A stretch of DNA of 32,000 bases from an archaeon (GTDB taxonomy: Archaea; Iainarchaeota; Iainarchaeia; Iainarchaeales; 1-14-0-10-31-34): contig JAJRVL010000011.1 of NCBI GenBank assembly GCA_024277355.1, forward strand, positions 1-32,000, written 5' to 3'. The notes below the pieces were generated by a model, which was not told the origin of the DNA, ran no database searches, and worked only from the letters and a program-made list of their open reading frames with translations. Positions 28,384-32,000 of the stretch are shown here, piece after piece. Both the position numbers and the translations under genes were made by a program. Position 1 is the first letter of the stretch; each line of letters starts with the position of its first letter.

Positions 28384-29346
28384 ATGACTAAAAAAATTTT
28401 TATTCTGGCTTTAATTCTGCTCATATTTTTTTCAGGATGCACTAAAAAAACAGAAGAATCTGAAAACCAAAAAATAGACTTAAAAGAATATTCTGCGGAT
28501 TTTGAAAAAAACACAATTGAATTTACTGTATTTTCTGAAAAAGAAAATCCAAAAGTATTATTTGAAATTTTTAACTCAGAAAAAAAACTTAAATGTTTTA
28601 AATATTTTAATTTAAAAAAAGGAAAAAATCTGCTTTTAATTAACTGTCAGGAAATAACTTCAAAAAATTTATTTGTTTCAGTTACTCCTTCAAAAACAGA
28701 AACAGAAGAATTTGAAATTAAATTAAATCCAAAACCAAAACTTGAATTAAAAAAAGGATTTAAATACACATTTATTCAAAAAGCCCCTGAATATAATCTT
28801 GTTTTTGATTATGAAGTTTTTGTAATTGACAAAAATGAAGAGTTAATTAAAGTACTGTCAAAAACAGCAATAAATGAAAAAGACACATTTGATTTGCTTT
28901 TAATTGACAATAATTATTTTATTTATTCAAGCGGGCTTAAAGACACCTGTGAAGAGGCTTTTTCTTCTGAATTAACAAGAAAGTTTAATGACGATGAATC
29001 TAACATAATTTATCCTTTTATATTTTTTTATTATCAGAATAACGGCAGTTTTTTATTAAATGAATTTATTGAAAAAAGAAATTATGAAAAATATTTTCCT
29101 AAAATTAAAAAAACTGTTAAATTAACTTTAATTCAGGAAACACTCTTAAAAGGAAGAGAAACTTATGAAATAAATTTTAAGGTTTCTGAGACTCCTGCTT
29201 TTTTAGCGAATATTCAGTCAAAAGATCCTAAAATACTTCTTTATTACAAAACAGCACATACTGAATTTGAATTCAAGAAAGAAATAAAAGAAGAATTTGA
29301 TGAAGAAAAATACGGTTGTCTCAGAACAAATTTAGTGGTTGAATGA
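28384..29346 (+). CDS. Lipoprotein, hypothetical
   Basis: MTKKIFILALILLIFFSGCTKKTEES lipobox (FSGC); rest unassigned. Track start is TTG 28378; ATG at 28384. Confidence 0.75.
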   Translation: MTKKIFILALILLIFFSGCTKKTEESENQKIDLKEYSADFEKNTIEFTVFSEKENPKVLFEIFNSEKKLKCFKYFNLKKGKNLLLINCQEITSKNLFVSVTPSKTETEEFEIKLNPKPKLELKKGFKYTFIQKAPEYNLVFDYEVFVIDKNEELIKVLSKTAINEKDTFDLLLIDNNYFIYSSGLKDTCEEAFSSELTRKFNDDESNIIYPFIFFYYQNNGSFLLNEFIEKRNYEKYFPKIKKTVKLTLIQETLLKGRETYEINFKVSETPAFLANIQSKDPKILLYYKTAHTEFEFKKEIKEEFDEEKYGCLRTNLVVE

Positions 29347-29756
29347 AAGATAAATCTATTGCAGAAGCCATTAAAATATTTAAAGAAAAAAATTCAGAAA
29401 AAAAAATTAAATTAAAAACAAAAGGAAAAAGCATGTATCCTTTAATTAAAGATAATTCTGAAATTGAAGTGAAAGTTTCAACTGAAAAACTGAAAAAAGG
29501 AGATATAATTCTATACTTTAAAAATAAGAAATTTTTTGTACACAGATTACTTAAAAAAAAAGGAAAAAAACATTTGCTTAAAGGAGATAATAACTGGGAC
29601 TTTGATGAAATTACAAAAGAAAAAAATATTATAGGAAAAGTTGAAAAAATAAACGGAAAAAAAACAGATTCAATTGGCTTTGAATTAATTAAAATGCCAA
29701 TTATTGCTTATTCTTATTTTACTGGAATTATTTTAGAACAAAGGCGGAAAAAATGA
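29343..29756 (+). CDS. S24/S26-like (signal peptidase I-like) peptidase
   Basis: KLKTKGKSMYPLIKDNSEIEVKV, LKKGDIILYF, FVHRLLKKKGKKHLLKGDNNWDFDEI, IIGKVEKI: the pattern of S24/S26 proteins found with NTase/HprK/PqqD genes. Confidence 0.82.
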   Translation: MKDKSIAEAIKIFKEKNSEKKIKLKTKGKSMYPLIKDNSEIEVKVSTEKLKKGDIILYFKNKKFFVHRLLKKKGKKHLLKGDNNWDFDEITKEKNIIGKVEKINGKKTDSIGFELIKMPIIAYSYFTGIILEQRRKK

Positions 29757-30226
29757 AAATATTAATTACAGGAACTCCTGGAACAGGAAAAACAGAAATT
29801 GCAGAAATACTGAAAAAAAAATTAGGGTATAAAGTAATAAATGAAAAAGATTTTGCATTGAAAAGCAAAAGCGGAAAGAAAAAAAATAAAGAAATTGAAA
29901 TTGACGCAAAAAAATTTGAAAAAAAAATTAATGAATTCTTAAAAGAAAAAGACAACTTAATAATTGAAGGCCATGTTTTATGCGAAATGAAAATTAAAGT
30001 TGATTTAGTGTTTTTACTTAGAACTAAATCTGAATTACTGGAAAAAAGACTGAAAAAAAGAGATTATTCTGAAGTAAAGATTCTGGATAATGTTTTCTGT
30101 GAAAAAACAGGTTATTGCAAAGAAAAATCACTTAAAAATTACAAAAAAGTGATTGAAATAAAAAACGAGAAAACTTTAAACAGTTCCATACAAAAAATAA
30201 TTAAAAAAATAAAGGGGAAAAAATGA
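29753..30226 (+). CDS. Fap7-like archaeal adenylate kinase / P-loop kinase
   Basis: MKILITGTPGTGKTEIAEILKKKLGYKVINEKDFAL...IIEGHVLCEM...LLRTKSELLEKRLKKRDYSEVKILDNVFCE. Confidence 0.85.
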   Translation: MKILITGTPGTGKTEIAEILKKKLGYKVINEKDFALKSKSGKKKNKEIEIDAKKFEKKINEFLKEKDNLIIEGHVLCEMKIKVDLVFLLRTKSELLEKRLKKRDYSEVKILDNVFCEKTGYCKEKSLKNYKKVIEIKNEKTLNSSIQKIIKKIKGKK

Positions 30227-31365
30227 AGAAAATTGTTTTTATTTTAGTTTTATTGATGTTAAGTTTTGTTAATGCTGAAACCATTAAAGAGGAAACTTTT
30301 GCTTTGATTGGTTATTCAGATTTTTTAGTTGAAGGAACAAACCAAAAACAATGCAATGAAGTTATTTTTTATGATGAGTTTAATGGAGAAGAATTCACAA
30401 TAATTTCAATTCATTCTGAATTTGTCCCAAAAATCAAAGGAGAAGCAAATATTACTGTTCACTTAAACAATGAATTAATTTCAGTTATTGATTCAGAAAC
30501 TGAATTCGGAAGAATTATAATTAAAAAAGAAAAATTAAAGGAAAAAAACATAATTAAATTATGTGCTTTTACTTCTGATGCAATAACAAAAATTTCAGTT
30601 AAAGATGATTCAACAATAGGGAATTACAAAACAGCTTTTTTTCCTGAAGGAAGCCTTACAAAAAAAGTTTTATCTGAAGAAATAATTATAGGAAAAGAAA
30701 TTACAATTAAGACTTCATTAAAGAATTATGGGAACGAAAAAACTTCCATTGAAATCATTGACGGAGATGCAGATAGGGAAGACATTGAATTAATCAAAGG
30801 AAAAAGTTCATTTAAAGGAGAAATTCTTTCAGGAGAAGAAATTTCATTTGAATACACTTACAGATTAAAAGATGAAAGAACAAGAATTCTTCCTAATGCA
30901 AAAGCTTACTATTTGAATGAATTCGGAGAAAAAAAAGAAATTGAATCCAACTACCCTGAAATATTTCCTTTAACAAAACAGGCATTAGAACCAATAATAA
31001 TGCTGAAAAAACAAATTAATTTTATTGGAGAAGAAAGCGAAATAGAAATTGTAATAATAAACAATTCAGAAAATACAGTTTATAATGCAGAAATCAAATT
31101 AATTTCTGAAGTTATTACCGGTGAAAAAACAACTGAATTTGAATCAATCCAGCCAAAAGAAACAGTTTACTTTAAAACAAAAGCAAAATCTAATTCAGCA
31201 GGAGAATTTGAATTAAAATGCGAATTAAGTTACGGCAAAGAAAAAACTTTATGCGATAAAACAACAATCCTGTTTGAAGAAAACACAATAGACCAAAAAC
31301 TGATTATTGGAAGTGTAATGGTTTTAATTGGAATAATAATTTACAGTTACCTTTATTTAAGATAA
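30223..31365 (+). CDS. Secreted/membrane-anchored beta-sandwich (CARDB-like) surface protein
   Basis: N-terminal signal MKKIVFILVLLMLSFVNAET, C-terminal TM LIIGSVMVLIGIIIYSYLYLR; Ig-like stretch EPIIMLKKQINFIGEESEIEIVIINNSENTVYNAEIKLISEV. Confidence 0.65.
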   Translation: MKKIVFILVLLMLSFVNAETIKEETFALIGYSDFLVEGTNQKQCNEVIFYDEFNGEEFTIISIHSEFVPKIKGEANITVHLNNELISVIDSETEFGRIIIKKEKLKEKNIIKLCAFTSDAITKISVKDDSTIGNYKTAFFPEGSLTKKVLSEEIIIGKEITIKTSLKNYGNEKTSIEIIDGDADREDIELIKGKSSFKGEILSGEEISFEYTYRLKDERTRILPNAKAYYLNEFGEKKEIESNYPEIFPLTKQALEPIIMLKKQINFIGEESEIEIVIINNSENTVYNAEIKLISEVITGEKTTEFESIQPKETVYFKTKAKSNSAGEFELKCELSYGKEKTLCDKTTILFEENTIDQKLIIGSVMVLIGIIIYSYLYLR

Positions 31366-32000
31366 ATTATTTACACATCTGTTTTTCATTAAAGAATCAG
31401 AAATCATATTGCATAAACTTATGTCTTTATTTTTTTCTGCAATTCTTGTAATGCAGTCATATTTAATTGAAGGTAAAGAAAAAGCAGTGCATAAATCTGC
31501 ATTGCCTATTGATAAAGCAGCATTAAACTTGCAGGTTTCTGTTGCACTTCCTTTAATTAAACTGCATATTTCCAGGTCTTTTTCCTGTGCAGCTAATTCA
31601 ATTAAACAGGAATTTTGTTCTATTGATTCAGAAAGAGTACTGCAAATGCTTGGATCAGAAGCATTTAATGCAATTTCCTTAATACAGGAAGCCTGATCAA
31701 ATTTAGTTATAAGTTCACTGCATTTACTTAATTCCTGTGAAACAACCACATATTCTTTCCAGACTAGTCTTTTGCATTTCTCTGAATCAAGATTAACTAA
31801 CTCCTCACATAAAATATCCTTATTTGATTCAATTGCTAATTTTTGTAAACATTCATCTTTTTCCTGAATTAAAGTTTTATCCATGCATGATTCATATTTT
31901 TCTTCAGGAGTTAAAGGAATTTCTTCCTGGATACAATCTTCTTCTGAAGCAACAATACTTCCATCAGGACAAGTAAAAGTTTTTTCTTCAGTTGTTTTGG
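31357..32000 (-). CDS. Cys-periodic repeat protein, 5' end beyond the window edge
   Basis: Track ORF 31357-31884 extends in frame to the window edge (...KTTEEKTFTCPDGSIVASEEDCIQEEIPLTPEEKYESCMDKTLIQEKDEC...). Repeat units of about 26 aa with paired cysteines. Confidence 0.7.
   Translation of the reverse strand, partial: KTTEEKTFTCPDGSIVASEEDCIQEEIPLTPEEKYESCMDKTLIQEKDECLQKLAIESNKDILCEELVNLDSEKCKRLVWKEYVVVSQELSKCSELITKFDQASCIKEIALNASDPSICSTLSESIEQNSCLIELAAQEKDLEICSLIKGSATETCKFNAALSIGNADLCTAFSLPSIKYDCITRIAEKNKDISLCNMISDSLMKNRCVNNLS

Noticed and set aside
24773-29756. Classification as a lasso peptide cluster
   Set aside because: Although NTase, HprK-like, PqqD and the YxxP leader resemble lasso loci, no asparagine-synthetase-like cyclase or B2 transglutaminase-like protease is present in the window, and a radical SAM gene is present instead.
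1-32000. CRISPR arrays, tRNA/rRNA genes, transposases
   Set aside because: Intergenic regions were read through; no regularly spaced repeats, tRNA-like GTTCRA-containing cloverleaf segments or transposase-like ORFs were seen.
1-32000. Alternative genetic code (TAA reassignment) to explain the internal TAA codons
   Set aside because: Most genes here (cdc6, nac, psmB, aCPSF1, PqqD) end at TAA in the expected place, and TAG and TGA are also used as stops, so reassignment is not supported.

Overview
AT-rich archaeal chromosomal window, probably from a small-genome (DPANN-like) lineage; the lineage is an inference. Recognisable genes include archaeal SepF, Orc1/Cdc6, Hel308-type helicase, NAC, a long-type FKBP prolyl isomerase, a SpoIIM-like membrane protein, proteasome beta subunit, the KH/beta-CASP nuclease aCPSF1, and a Fap7-like adenylate kinase. 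A tightly linked minus-strand module encodes two glycine-rich secreted proteins and a 2034-aa membrane-anchored surface protein. The most interesting region is ~24.7-29.8 kb. It holds a PF14907-type nucleotidyltransferase (frameshifted in an A-run), an HprK-like kinase, a PqqD-like protein, a radical SAM enzyme with C-terminal cysteines, an S24/S26-like peptidase, and a 34-codon ORF at 28254-28358 that is missing from the ORF track. That ORF encodes MTYEKPAIKKLNIKTASSGGTTFLIEVAPSTTSA and looks like a RiPP precursor, with a YxxPxI leader motif and a Gly/Ser/Thr-rich tail. Together these suggest a candidate archaeal radical-SAM/PqqD/kinase peptide-modification system. Several genes are interrupted: in-frame TAA codons in SepF and in a lipoprotein, and one-base A-run frameshifts in the helicase and the nucleotidyltransferase. 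Sequencing error, slippage and real decay cannot be separated from sequence alone.
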